From contig NC_043001.1 in assembly GCF_006345805.1 (NCBI RefSeq), positions 102,920,001 to 102,984,000 on the forward strand: a DNA stretch of 64,000 bases. The letters are read 5' to 3'. A program made the translations under genes and the position numbers. This document shows positions 12,871 through 26,026 of this stretch, piece by piece (the first letter of the stretch is position 1; each line of letters starts with the position of its first letter). The DNA comes from Octopus sinensis. Taxonomy: Eukaryota. The notes under the pieces were generated by a model. That model made no database searches, had not been told where the DNA came from, and was given only the letters and a program-made list of their open reading frames with translations.

Positions 12871-13538
12871 TAATATACCAATGCAATGTACTTGCAAATA
12901 ACCATACAATGGTTACTTTTTCACTCTCTGCTGGCAGACAGCAACTTCTACACACTACCAACAACTAAACAGTGAGCCAACCTTTTTCTACACTATCACT
13001 ACAATTACTACTGTCTTTTTAACTACCTGTTGGGCAAACTAATAAATGTATGTAAATAATATTTCTTCCTTCTTGGTGTTAATTCTTCGATGTTCTCTGG
13101 TTTCTCCAACGTGAGAACCTTTAAACGTTACATCTACACGCTATATTTGGCAGTGGGCTACATCATATCAACCTGATATCACAGCTTTCATCCAGATCGC
13201 TACACATGCATATATGGAGACAGGACATCACCAACGGTGCAAATAACATGAAATATGTAAACAAACAAGGGAAAAATGAGTGAAATACATAAACGAGAAA
13301 AAAATGGAAAACAGGACAAGCTAACACAGAGAAAGGACCCTTCATTAGTTGTCGGCTGTCTATCTACTCCAGATTTCGAGCTGAAATGAGGGGTAGAGAA
13401 ATGATCATCTTGCTTGGAAACACGCGAGGGTTGGCTGCCTCAACAAATTTTGTCTGGCCCATGTATTGTTGAAATGCATGAAATTAAAGAATAAATCTAA
13501 TATCAAAAATTTCTTTCTTAGACTGGACACATAAATGT

Positions 13539-13576
<38 letters not shown>

Positions 13577-13759
13577 CAGATACATCTGATCGACAAGAGT
13601 CAACAAACTCCAAACATTGGTGTCTCAGATTCCTGGAGAGGGTGACACTGAACGAACGGGGTGTTTTCACACCTTTTTTTATCATAAGAGAGAATTTTTC
13701 TCCATGGTAACTGCAGTGTATTTGCCTTTTGCAGTGGCATTTGGAATGGCATCCAGTTG

Positions 13760-13985
13760 TAAAAAAAACCTTGCTAAAACTGACCTCGCCTGTGCTTGTG
13801 CCACATAAAAAGCCTTAAGTCCACTCTGCTGAGTGGTTAGTGTTAGGAAGGTCATCCAGTTGTAAAAATCCTGCCAAAACAGACACCGAAGTCTGGTGCA
13901 GGCTTCTGCCTGGCCAGCTCCTGTCAAACAATCACACCCATGCCAGCATGGAAGGTGGATGTTAAATGATGATGATGATGATGAT
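13760..13985 (+). mobile_element. RTE 3' end
   Basis: Conserved GGAAGG..ATCCAG domain and (GAT)n tail. Confidence 0.75.
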
Positions 13986-16777
13986 TCCTCTTTGTCTAAT
14001 GGCCATTTTTCTAAACTAGTAGAGGGACAGATCTACTGAACAGCATAATTTTTCCACATATCTTATGTGGCTATTGTCTTTTTCTGGTTCAATTCAGGTT
14101 ACAAATACTTGTATTGTTTGAAATTTGATTATTGTATGCTCTTCTTGACACTAAACCAAAACATGGATTTTGAAGTATTTCTTTCAATTTAAACTTTGTC
14201 TTATGGAGCAATTTCCTTTCGTGTAATTTTATAAATTCTTCAGGGGTGTTAAATTAAGATGATCTAAGAGAAATTTAATCAGCAGAACCATTCATCATCA
14301 TCATCATCATTTAACACCTGTTAATCCAACCCATCTGGTATGGGTTGGACTAAACGAACTTTTTACTAGCAAGTGTTAATTTTAACTTGTACGATTAGCT
14401 CTGCACCAACCTCTCCGCCTACTTTCATCTACATCTATATTTTATCGTCTCTTCTGTGAACTCTCATTCTATAAAACCTGATTAAACTCACTTATTAAAC
14501 ATGGCTATCATCTACAGTTATATCATTGCACGGAAAAGAATGTACACTGTATAATGGTAAACAAATAATGAAATACTTCAGGTTGCTATACATTTTTTCT
14601 CATTCACAATTTTCTTCTTAATTTTGTAGCCAAACTTCATAAGATGATAGTATCTAGTAAAGAAGGTACTGCTGCTGACAAAATAAACATTGTATCTAAA
14701 ACAATATTAATCAAAATTAGAAAAATTAAAGCATAATATTCAGATGTTAGCAGAAATTAGTCCACTGTGCAAGCAACAATTAAAGAATCAATCCAATGGC
14801 TATGGGCTTAAAATTTACAGTTAGACAACCTTTTCTTTAAGTAACATAATCTTTGATTTCTAATTGATGGTGGTCAGATGTTAAATCAAGCTGTCGCATG
14901 TCAGTATTATTACTGATGTTTCTTAGATACTCTTTTAAATCAAATAAGAAACAGAAATCCATGTTTGCTAAAAGCCTGCAAGAGCTTAAGGAACGGTAAG
15001 ACAGAGTTGAGTCAAAATGAATGTAACATCAAACAACTAAACATCAACTTGGTTTTGCACATATAAAAGCTGTGGCTCTTAGTTTTTGTTAAATATAATT
15101 TGATTTTATTGTTAGGACATAAAGCATCCCTGGAAAAAGATTACACAGTGAAAAGAAATGTATGCAGCATGCAAATGGGCCATGTGAAATTATTTATATA
15201 AATAAAGATTCAATCTATATATTGACATAAAGATTAAAGCTATGTTTAATGTGATGCAGTTCTCTTTAAAAGCTTCCCTTTAAACATTCTCATCCAACAC
15301 ATTCTAAATTTACAATTATAACTGACCATACATACAAAACTTTCCAGTCATAAGATATTGATCTTATAACCAATCTTTAAGGTGATCCTACAGTCATCCA
15401 AATACAGTAACTCATGCAAACTTAAAATCAGCTTATTATTTATTCAAAAAAAAAAAGAATATTAAATGGGGTATGCAGTAGATAAAGAAAGAAGCTTTAG
15501 TGTTTTACAGATATCAAAGGTCCATTAATCTAAAATGTTTTGGAGTAATGCAACTCTCGAACAAACTTTAAATAAATCTATATTTCAGAAAGAGAGAGCT
15601 TCATTGATTAAATCTCTACAAACCTGACTGAAGTGGAGTATATTCTAGGGTACTACCTATAAGTTATTCTGAAACATTCAATCTTTTACCTTCATACCAT
15701 AGGTCTGCTTGAACAGAGCTACTCAACAACAACATTAGAAAAGAAAAAATTGTAATAAACTACATAAAATGAAGTATATGAAGAACGAAGAAGCATAAGT
15801 ATTAGAGAGAGATGACTGTCATTGTTTGAAATGCTATAGGTTGCTTCCTGCTGGAAACAGAGCAAATGAATGTAGAGATTAACCAAGAAAGACTTGAGAT
15901 GAAGTAGATAGTTCAGATTATCAGGTAGCTAGAGCAAATTTAGAAAGGACTGCTCCTAGCAAATGGAGAAAGAAAACAAAGACTTAAAACACAGTAGATG
16001 GGAAAGTGTATGTATATAGGTATGTATGCATGTGTATGTAAGTATATATAAAGTTCCAATCTAACAGATAAAACGGCAGGATAGATACGAGAGGAAATGC
16101 ACTGGTGTGCTGATATGCTCAATATATGTTATCAAAAAAAAAAAAGACAAAAAAAAAGAAAATGACATTAAACCAATATTGATAATGAAGACAAAGTACC
16201 TCCCAAGGATTAACACAAAGTGCAATCAAAGTAAGGATACATAATTCAGGAAAGTGGAACTACACCTTTCAACTTTGGCAATGAGATCAATGTAGCAGAC
16301 CACCAACCACAGAGTAACAAGATCAAACCTTACAACAATAGCCATCATGTTGTGTCCCTGAATAAAGCAACTAATGTTGCTTATATCAGTCTGTTTCACT
16401 GACAAACAGGTTCTGCTGTTAGAACACTATAGAGTGGTAGAATGGATAGTGGTAGGAACAGACTCGAGCACTAAAAATAATTGTTCCAAATAACATGCGA
16501 TTGTACGAACTCTTAAAAATTAGTGTAAAACATTTAGAAAAAAAAATTTAAGGTAAAAGGCCTTATAAAAGTAGTCATGTACTTTGGAATTTAGAAAGAA
16601 AATCAATGAATAATATATGTAGAAAAAATGTTGCATGGGTTAAGTTAAAAATTAAATTTCAGAACATTGGGCATACACAGATAAAATATTGTGGACAAAG
16701 GAAAAAGCTGGATTTCACATCTTTTCAATGAATGCTAGCTTGGGAAAGTGATATGTACACAAGTGTAAAGGAGACAG

Positions 16778-16828
<51 letters not shown>

Positions 16829-17095
16829 CATATAGTGCACATTCTCTATCTCCTCTTACTGTTTCCCACAAATACATTCTGAAGAGAACAAAAGATACAT
16901 ATACAAGAGTGTGTGTGAGTGTGTACATATACTAGCAATGTGTGTGTTATCTCAGACTCATTTTCACACACACACACACACACACACACTTTGTCTAATA
17001 CATACAGCCACACAAAGAAACACAAGTTGATGCAGTGTGTGTGTGCATATATACGTATACATATAGCATGGAAGGTGGACGTTAAACGATGATGA

Positions 17096-17156
<61 letters not shown>

Positions 17157-17642
17157 GCATACATACATATATATCAGAAAGCGCCAGACAGAGATGTATC
17201 TGAAATAGAGGGCGTAAAGCTGTAAAAACATAGGACTCATGAAAAATAGATAAATATCACTGGTAAAGCTGTAATGAGAACGCTGGACACCAAAATATAA
17301 AATTGTTATAAGCAGAGACAAATCAATAACTCTCCAGAACAACAAAAAAAAATAAGTGTAACATTAATGAGTATATTCACATCTACGTACACATATAAAT
17401 TCATATGACACACAAGTATGCTCATTGTGTTTGTGTGTATCAAGTGTATAATGCATCATCTATATATTTATACACACATACATACATAATAAATGAAAAC
17501 AAAATGTTAAAAATGGTTGCACAATTGTTTTTTTACATTTCTGTTTTAGTATTTACTTTTTATTTTTTTACCTCTAAAATAAGTGTGATATAAAGAACAC
17601 ACACACACACACACACACACACGCGCGCACGCACACGCACGC

Positions 17643-17673
<31 letters not shown>

Positions 17674-18699
17674 TTTATATTTTATTATCTTCAGCCATTT
17701 CTCAGTGACATACATGCAGAATGTAGTTGCCAGATTACAACTAGCAGAAAATGTTGCATTTCGATAAGTGTGCTTTCTGGTTGCAGCAGCAAAGCCTGAC
17801 AATAATTGTGTGCTATCAATCTCCATAGAATGTGTAAAATCTAAATGAGTTAGGCCTTAATAAATGTCACAGGGATGTAATTGTCAGGGGAACTGTTGGC
17901 AAAACAGTCTGTCTCAATATGACAGACAATTAGACACAGACAGAGGTTTCATACACATTACTTGTGTAACACAGACACCTATTCATAAACATTTGCAAAC
18001 TCCCAGCCATCAACTCACATGCATAAAACAGTGCATGCACACATGCAAATATGTATGCACACTCACACATATACACACATGTTTATGTGTGAATGCATGC
18101 ACATGTGTACACATATTCCCAAATATATACCCATCCACACGAACAAGCATACTCATGTTCAAGTGAGTGGATAGACACATTTATGCTTTTACACACACAT
18201 AAAGCACAACATACACCTCCAGAGAAACAAAAATACTGCCAGACTTCCATTACACTTCCATCTGCACAGCTTTGTGTGTACACATTCAGCATATGTGTGT
18301 GTGTGTGTGTGTGTGTGCGTGCGTGTGTGTGTGCATGCGTGCGTGCGTGTGTGTGTGTGTATGTGTGTGTGCCAGCATGGAGGGCGGATGTTAAATGATG
18401 ATGATATCCCAGTATGCATACAAATATACTCACAACAATAGACAAACACACCATATGAATAACTGCATGCATACAGACATATAAATATAGGGTACAGGGC
18501 ATACATACATACATAGTGTACAGACACATCACACTATGTCCAAATGAAAGTATATTAACTAGCAAACCAACGCATGGCTGTGTGAGGTGGTAGATATATT
18601 TTTTTATCAGTGTTTAATCTATGTAGCACAATATGTGGAAGACACTAGAAGACTGCCTGAACAGATAATATAAAAAAATTGCAGACACTGAAAAAGAAC

Positions 18700-19220
18700 A
18701 AGGAAATTGGACATCAAAAGTAGACACCAAAAAAGAATACTATTGGTTTTCGGAGAAAACCGCAAAAACAGAATTGAATAAAAGAAAACATAAGCAAGAT
18801 AAAAGACAAGGTACACTGAATGAGAAGAGTATATGTTATGTGAGAAATGTTAAAAGAATACCAAAAGCAGACACCAAAATAAATAACTGAATATGGGCAC
18901 AGAAGTAAAGAATGTCTAAAGTGAATGATACCAAAGTAGAGAATGGCAAAAAGAAGATCACAAGTGATCATCCATATAGAGAAAAGGTCAAAAGAAACAA
19001 AAACAATGTTACAAGTGGACACAAAAAAAAAGATTCCTAGAAGTGGACACTGAAAGTGAACAAGGTCAATAGAAGATGACGTTAATGAGATCAAAATTAT
19101 ATTGGGCTGAAAGTAGACATGAAAATACATAATACTAAAAAAGAGGACACCAATATATATAACATTCAAGTGGACACCAAAATATTTAATGTTGAAAGTG
19201 GACACCAAAATATATAAAGG
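18700..19220. repeat. Degenerate minisatellite-like tract built on AAGTGGACACCAAAA
   Basis: The GACAC(C)AAAA motif recurs at irregular spacing in purine-rich sequence. Confidence 0.5.
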
Positions 19221-19223
19221 ACA

Positions 19224-19570
19224 TCATCATTATCATCATTGTTTAACGTCTGCTTTTCATGCTGGCATGGGTTGGACGGTTTAACAGGAGCTGACAAGCT
19301 GGAGACCTGCAGGGCTCCAATTCTCTGTTTTGGTGTGGTTTGTGTGGCTGGATGCCCTTCCTAATTCCAACCACTTCACAGATTGTACTTGATGCTTTTT
19401 GAGTGCCATCAGCATGGGTACCTTATACATGGCACCAGCACAGGTGCTTTGCATGTGGCACCAGAATGGTCACTTTTTTTTTTTTTTTTTTTTGCATGGC
19501 ACCAGCACGGTTGCTTTCAACATGGCACCAGCACCAGGTGCTTTTTACATGGCACCAGCATGGGGCACTA
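19224..19570 (-). mobile_element. RTE 3' end with internal short tandem repeats
   Basis: (CAT)n-GTTTAACGTC tail on the plus strand and GGCACCAGCAC repeats. Confidence 0.75.
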
Positions 19571-20917
19571 AACCATATAAAATTGAAAGTGGGTACCAAC
19601 ATTTATATAATGCTGAAAGTCACCATCAATAAAAGTATACACTGTGAATGTATGACTGCTAACAGAAATAAGCTGATAATATAGTCCAGGACACCTATTT
19701 CACTTTCAACTACTTGAGATGATGTTGAAGTGAAAAACCAGCTTCAAAACAATCACTCTATTCTACTTTAGGCTACTAAAAATTATTTACACTTTCTATT
19801 ATTGCTTTCTTCATTTTAGTTTACTCTTTTTGATGCTATTTATATATTTTTGTTACATGTAAATTGTCTTTACTATTGTAGTAACAGGTTTTCTTTGAGT
19901 TGCTGCCTTTGTAATTTTCTCACTATTAATTTGTTTTTGTCTTTTTCTCCTGAAATTTAAGTTTAACCAACTTGTTTAATAATTTGAAACTCATTATCTT
20001 GTTATCTAAATTATTCTTTACACTTAGCCAATCAACAAAGGACAAACACAATTTTAAGAGTTAACACAAAAAAACACCACTAGCATGCCTAGCTAATAAG
20101 CAGGCCGATTAACAGAAACATAAATTCGCCGAGAGCACAACATAGCATCTAAATGAAACTAAAATTGAAAACCAGTCATAGTTACCATATTTATTTGTAA
20201 TTCTGTTTTGTTTGTTTTTTCCAGATTTTTAAACTTAGAAATTAGGCATGTGCATTATATATGAGAACTAAATGCTGTATAATAAACATGAGAGCTAAAA
20301 CGTCATCCATTTTTTTCTTTTTTTTTCTTTTTTCTTGTAAAGATCTAAATTTATACAATTTATGTCCTACAGAATTAACTTGTCCTTTTATTTTCTTAAT
20401 ATCATAAATTGTTGAAGAACTTGTATTTTACTCATGCACAATAGCATTCTAGCTTTCACCTCTTTTCAAATACTGTATTGTTTCAGTTTCTGTATACAAT
20501 GTGATAGTAACATGCTTTCATTTCAGACCTTTTCTCCAGATCGGTTCCTTTATTAATGCTAAAAGACATTTTCACGGATGGAAGATCAAGTTGATACAAG
20601 CAGTTAAAAATCACTTAGATATGGTCACTGTTCTTCCCAAATTGATAGAGTGACATTGACAGTTAGTGAGAGCACTTTGGGAATAAGAAAACAAAATGTA
20701 GCCAAACACGCCAGAAAATGAAGTTTCTTGGACTACTGGATACCAGATTAGTGAAACATTACCGTATGTACCAAAGACAGTAGTGTGTCACATGAGAGGA
20801 AATTCGACTGCCTACTGTTAAGTATACAAAGTGCTAACGAGAGATGAATCATTACAAAGGGATCTTCTATTAGCATGACACCATTTTGGTACATTCGGAA
20901 TATTAATATACACATCA

Positions 20918-21320
20918 GGGGTGGCTGTGTAGAGAGAAGCTTCCTTCTCAATCATATGGTTCTGGGTTCAGTTTCACTGCATGGAACCTTGGCCAAGTGT
21001 CTCCTACTATAGCCTCAGGCTGACCAAAGCCTTGCAAATGGGCTTGCCTTGCAAATGGACTTAGAGGACAAAAATTGAAAGAGGTCCATTGTGTGTGTGT
21101 GGGGGAGAGTCTTCGTGTCTGCCCCCCGCCACCACCACTTGACAACCGGTGTTGGTAGGTTTATATCTCTATAACTTAGTGGTTCAGCAAAGGAGACCAA
21201 TAGAATAAGTACCAGATCAGGCCTAAAAAGTACTGGGGTTGATTCATTTGACTAAAATTCAGCAAGGTGGTGCTCCAGCATGGCCATAGTCTAATGACTG
21301 AAACGAGTAAAGGATAAAAG
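20918..21320 (+). mobile_element. tRNA-derived CORE-like SINE, near full length
   Basis: GGTGGCTGTG head, GGGTTCAGT B-box, and tail GGTGGTGCTCCAGCATGGCC...GACTGAAAC. Confidence 0.8.
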
Positions 21321-21558
21321 ACCAATTACTGATGATATTTATATTGTTTTATATTTAAGGGGTTCACAATTTGGGTAAAGCCGTTTTTGTTAGCAAAATA
21401 AGTTCAAATATTACTTCCTGCAGAGAGCATTCATTCTGCTTTGAGCAGTGTAGTTTAGAAAGCTCAAAGTAAATTGCAAGACCACAATACAGACTGTTTT
21501 ATAAAATTAAAACATTATTTACATTTGACGGATATTTGTCCTCATCTTGTTTGTTGTT

Positions 21559-21603
21559 AACACAACGTTTCGGCTGATATACCCTCAGCCTTCATCAGGT
21601 GTC
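21559..21603 (-). ncRNA. Minimal type I hammerhead ribozyme motif, intact core
   Basis: The minus strand reads GACAC-CTGATGA-A-GGCTGA GGGTATA TCAGCC-GAAA-CG-TT-GTGTT. Stem I is GACAC/GTGTT, stem II is 6 bp, and a palindromic AACGTT replaces stem III. Confidence 0.72.
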
Positions 21604-21838
21604 TTGGGGAAATTTTGAACCTGGGTTCTCATTCCTAAGGTATTTTTCAATATTATTATTATTATTATTAAGGTCACTGCCTGGAATCAAACTCGGAATC
21701 TTGGGGTTAGTAGCCCCTGCTCTTAACCACAAGATGCCGAGTTCGATTCCAGGCAATGACCTGAATAATAATATTAATAATAATAATAACATCAAAAAAT
21801 ACCTTATGAATGAGAACCCAGGTTTGAAATTTCCTCAA

Positions 21839-21884
21839 GGCACCTGATGAAGGCTGGAGGGTATATCAGCCGAAATGTTGTGTT
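21839..21884 (+). ncRNA. Minimal type I hammerhead ribozyme motif, variant (AACGTT changed to AATGTT)
   Basis: GGCAC-CTGATGA-A-GGCTG GAGGGTATAT CAGCC-GAAA-TG-TT-GTGTT. Confidence 0.62.
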
Positions 21885-24255
21885 AACAACAAACAAGATG
21901 AGGACAAATATCCGTCAAATGTAAATAATACTGTTTTACTTGTTTCAGTCATTTGACTGTGTCCATGCTGGAGCACTGCCTTTAGTCGAGCAAATCTGAG
22001 CTAAGTCTAACTTAATAATACAAAAAAAAAAACTTTCCAATTCACTTACAATAAAAGGAAATCTTGACTAAAATATAGATATCTAACCACTAGATGGTAT
22101 CTTACTATCTTTGGAAGTGGCAGGCTTACTGCGAAGGACCATTGTCATTTAAGAATAAGCTTATTTAATAATTTCAGTTGCCAGGTCAATAATACAAACA
22201 AACTCAGGTTGTCAAAACAAGTTGCTTTACATTATTCTGTAGATAAAAGTGCATGTAAATATATTGTTCTTACAGATAGTTGCCAGAATTCACTAATTAG
22301 ATTTTCAGAACTGGTCTATTGAACTTGTTGAAATGATTTTGCCAAAAATATGACATATCATAAATGCATGAGTGTTCATAAGGATGTATGTTTTGTGTCT
22401 GCTAAACTCATGCCAGCATAGAGGGGGGAAAAAAAGAGCCAATAAAAAGAAATATCATATACAATTCTATGTACATATATATATTCATTTGAATGTTTAT
22501 GTATATATATTTGTGTGAGTGTGTACTATAAACCAATATATATTATTGTATACAAACATAAATACATGCATATATGTATTAATGTATCTATACATATTTT
22601 CATTGACAACACATTATATATGTATTGGTAGTGATGTCTATGAATACATATATATAAGGTGAGCATTTGTGTATCTGTACATACACGAATATAGTTCAAG
22701 TAGATAAAATTACAATGTGTTCATAGAACCTAGCTACCTATCAACTATTGCAAATCTATAAGAATCCATTACGCTAAAACTTCAACCATAAATAATCATT
22801 CTCTTCTTGTTGACACAAGCATATGATGAAGTGGTAGTTTTGAAGTCAGACACAAGAATTAATTCATCTCCACCAGAATCTCTTGCCAGCCAAGTTATGT
22901 ATGTCTTACCAACATTCATATAAACTAGCCATTAAGTCAAAGGACTGGTCATTTTTTTTCTTTCACTCGCTAAGTCAATCATTGTCGACAGCATGGCAAT
23001 TTAAAGTTTGTCAAGTTACATATAACATTTTGGTCACTTAAGGCAAAACTTATTTCACCTTTTTGAAGAAACCTTGATGCTTCTTCACGGCAGCACAAAA
23101 ACATTAACAGCAAAGCTATCATCAAACAAATTAAGATTTAAAAATAAATTAGTTGGTAACACATCATGTTTTTCAGAATCGTATGTCTGCTGAAAGAATA
23201 CCGAGATCAATGACAAGAAAAAAAATTTAATCAAGAAGGCATTTCCATTCTACATAGTTGATCACCTAGCTAGAAATAGCAGTAAAATCTTCTTCAAACC
23301 ACACCTTACTATCTTAACAAAGGATATGATGGATAATGTAAATCAGGGTACACTATTTCTGAAAAATAAAAAAACATGATGGTCATGCTTTACTGCCTTT
23401 GATCATAGGTCCTGATCAATAGAGGGCAACTTGGGGCTAAACAAAAACAATGAAAATAATTATAATAAAGGTGATCACCCAGTTGATAGAGCCACATCAG
23501 ATAATTATGATATCCAAAATTTGATGCATCTGTTCAGAACTTAAATACTCTTGGGACTGCCTTTACATTTCATTATTCAAAGTCAATAAAATAAATACTA
23601 TTATTATGCGTCAATTCAACCAACTGTAACCCATTATTAGAGAAATGCCTTGTCAAAAGCCCCTCAAATAATAATATTAAGTATTTCTAAGGCAGAAATT
23701 TGAGGGATGGGGTTGGCTGATTAAATCAACTGCTACTTGTTAAATTGATTGTGGAAGGATGAAAGACAAATTGGGCCTTAGCCTGAATTAAATTCAGAAC
23801 ATAAAGGAGTGTGACTAAATACCACAAGGCCTTTCGTCAGCTGTTCTAGTCTTTCTACAACTCCAACATCTTTAAAATAATAATTAAGAAAGGATTATTG
23901 TAGGTGAGACTGGTTCCTCCCTCCTTCAAGTGGTATTTAAACTCAGAGATGTATGATAACAGGCTTTGGACTTAGAACATGAGACTAAAATATTATATTA
24001 CATTAAGATAAAGTAAATACCATTTGTGTACTGGTGTTGATTCAAACATGTGACTCCATGCCAATATAAGAAGTCACACACACTCACACACACACACACA
24101 TCTTGCTGCATATTAGATAAGTCCATTTCATATCAAAACAAAAGAAAATAGGTTAAACCAATAAAGATGATGACTACCTAAATTGTAGTATTACATTGAA
24201 TGTTACAAATGAAAGGAAAAAGACAGATGTTAACAAATATAGCTTTATATAGTAG

Positions 24256-26026
24256 TTAGCAGAGATACCTGGCATTGCTCAGGATTAAAATGGCATACTT
24301 TGTATAGATATTACAGTTATGTTGAAACCCGAGATATGGAAAGTGCAGTGTTGACAACAATTCAACAAAGTGATTTGTCATGCGTCCATTTGGAGGATTC
24401 CGGGGTGGAGGGGGCCTAACCTGTCATGGAAAATTGGGGTTGTGGGATTTTTGAATGAACCGAAAAGCTGTTAGTGGATATACTCTCCTTTGCGACAGCG
24501 CTGCGTCTAACACGACCCATTGTATGGTTAACAATCGAATGAATGTAGGTGTAATGGAGATATTGTACATAAACGGGTACATTCCAGAAAGGGGCTGCAA
24601 TGGGAGACAGCAATAGGGAAGTGAACTGTTGAAATGTTGCAGAAGGAAAAGGGTTGACATTGGATTGTTGGTATAGCTGTAGAATAAGAAACATAAACTG
24701 AGGTTATACAGTAACATGAGAATATGTAGTAATGAATTACTTGACAAAATAAGGCATTAATAGCTTAGCGCCAGGTTGGTGGGAGTAATTGGAGAATATG
24801 TGGTGATACCGAAGTCCATGCAGGAAACTGCTTTGTTGATGCAGTCTTCAGATTTGTTGGCATTTTACCAAAATTGTATCCATTTTCACCATTCACAGAG
24901 AGAAGTGGATACTAGAGTGCATTGCAGGATGTAGTAATTGCTACAAAACCTCTTGGTAAACAATATTCTTTGTTTTCCCTTGTGGAACAAATGCAAATAG
25001 ATTTTTTTTTTACTTCCCACTCTAGAGCAGCCAACATATAATTGCCCATGTGAGAAGTACGACTCTTGCAAGTAAAGTCCTACCACAGACAGTGTTTGAC
25101 CCTATGATTTATTGATAGACATTGCAAAGCTGATACAAACAGGAATTTGTACTCTTCTGAATGAAAAAGAAATTTCTACTCCTGATGGACTAAGAGGAAT
25201 CCTGAGTATGAAAACATCCTCGCCTTTTCCACATCCAGAGAGAATGGTGGCCTCAATAACATGTGGCATCATCTTCTTTACCACCAGGCATATCCATTGC
25301 AGAGTTGATGGAACCAAATTCTTCAATAACATTACTGGAGTTCCAATATGTGGGGAAGTAGTCTTGGAGGTTCCAATGAATTGAGAAATTCTGTTGGATA
25401 ATTTACCACCTCTTCCAGGATCTGGGATTGTATCAACTGACTTATAGATGTGAGGGTTTCCAGGAAGGTACTGCAGCAGCTGCTCATTAATTTTACTTAC
25501 AGTGCTGTTTTTTGGAGCCAGTATTGCTCTTTCACACAACCAATTGAGACTGCGATAATTTTTCCATTAATGGAGGATTTCCTCTTTGGATTCATTATGT
25601 CAAGAAATATGATGTATTAAAATGACAATTGTACATTAATAATAAAATGTCAATACAAACAGGTAAATAATATCAATATTTTAGCAAATTTTAAGAAATA
25701 CATACAATGAACTGAGATGACACTGTTATGTTAATAATTAAACGTCAATAAAAAACATTAATATAAATATTTAAAAAAGGTGAAAAACATTCAGCGGATT
25801 AATCACGTTAGATGTAAGGGGGTTACCTCCCTTCTCCACATAACCCAGGAAAGGATGTTTTCTGCTCCCAGAGAGCCCGTTACTCATTATGTGAAAAATT
25901 TTGAGAGTCTAAAACCATCTGGAATATATGTAATGTATGTTCCAAGTTTGGAGAAAATCAGTTGTGAACTTCAGAAGTTATGCAGATTTACACACACACA
26001 CACAACCTGACTTTTATATATATAGA
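24256..26026 (-). mobile_element. Helitron, internally deleted, retaining the PIF1-helicase C-terminus and both termini
   Basis: 5' end A|TCTATATATATAAAA at 26026. Peptides RAILAPKN, GTPVMLLKNL, FAMSINKS and FSHGQLYVGCSRVG. 3' hairpin CCTGAGCAATGCCAGG is followed by CTAA (decayed CTAG) at 24256. Confidence 0.85.

Larger units (their letters stand above)
21502..21929. mobile_element. Head-to-head palindromic pair of a tRNA-head + hammerhead-tail element (Penelope-type non-autonomous element)
   Basis: Arms 21514-21730 (minus) and 21730-21929 (plus) are reverse complements. Each has GTT(C/T)GATTCC, an (AAT)n spacer and a CTGATGA...GAAA core. Confidence 0.8.

Noticed and set aside
13040-13400. 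Repeat-like segment with CTAATGAAGG and an HVGET peptide on the minus strand (possible Penelope relic)
   Set aside because: The core is mutated, there is no GAAA downstream, and there is no extended coding similarity, so it cannot be classified.
14578-14695. Possible minus-strand terminal exon (R)YNVYFVSSSTFFTRYYHLMKFGYKIKKKIVNEKKCIAT*
   Set aside because: It does not resemble the Greatwall C-terminus or any family I recognise, and it is supported only by an acceptor.
16860-16878. 19-nt minus micro-exon with strong splice sites; similar ones near 36387-36397 (minus), 39549-39572 (plus), 23057-23112, 27078-27107 and 63159-63210 (minus)
   Set aside because: They do not chain into a recognisable protein and occur on both strands, as expected for pseudo-exons in AT-rich introns.
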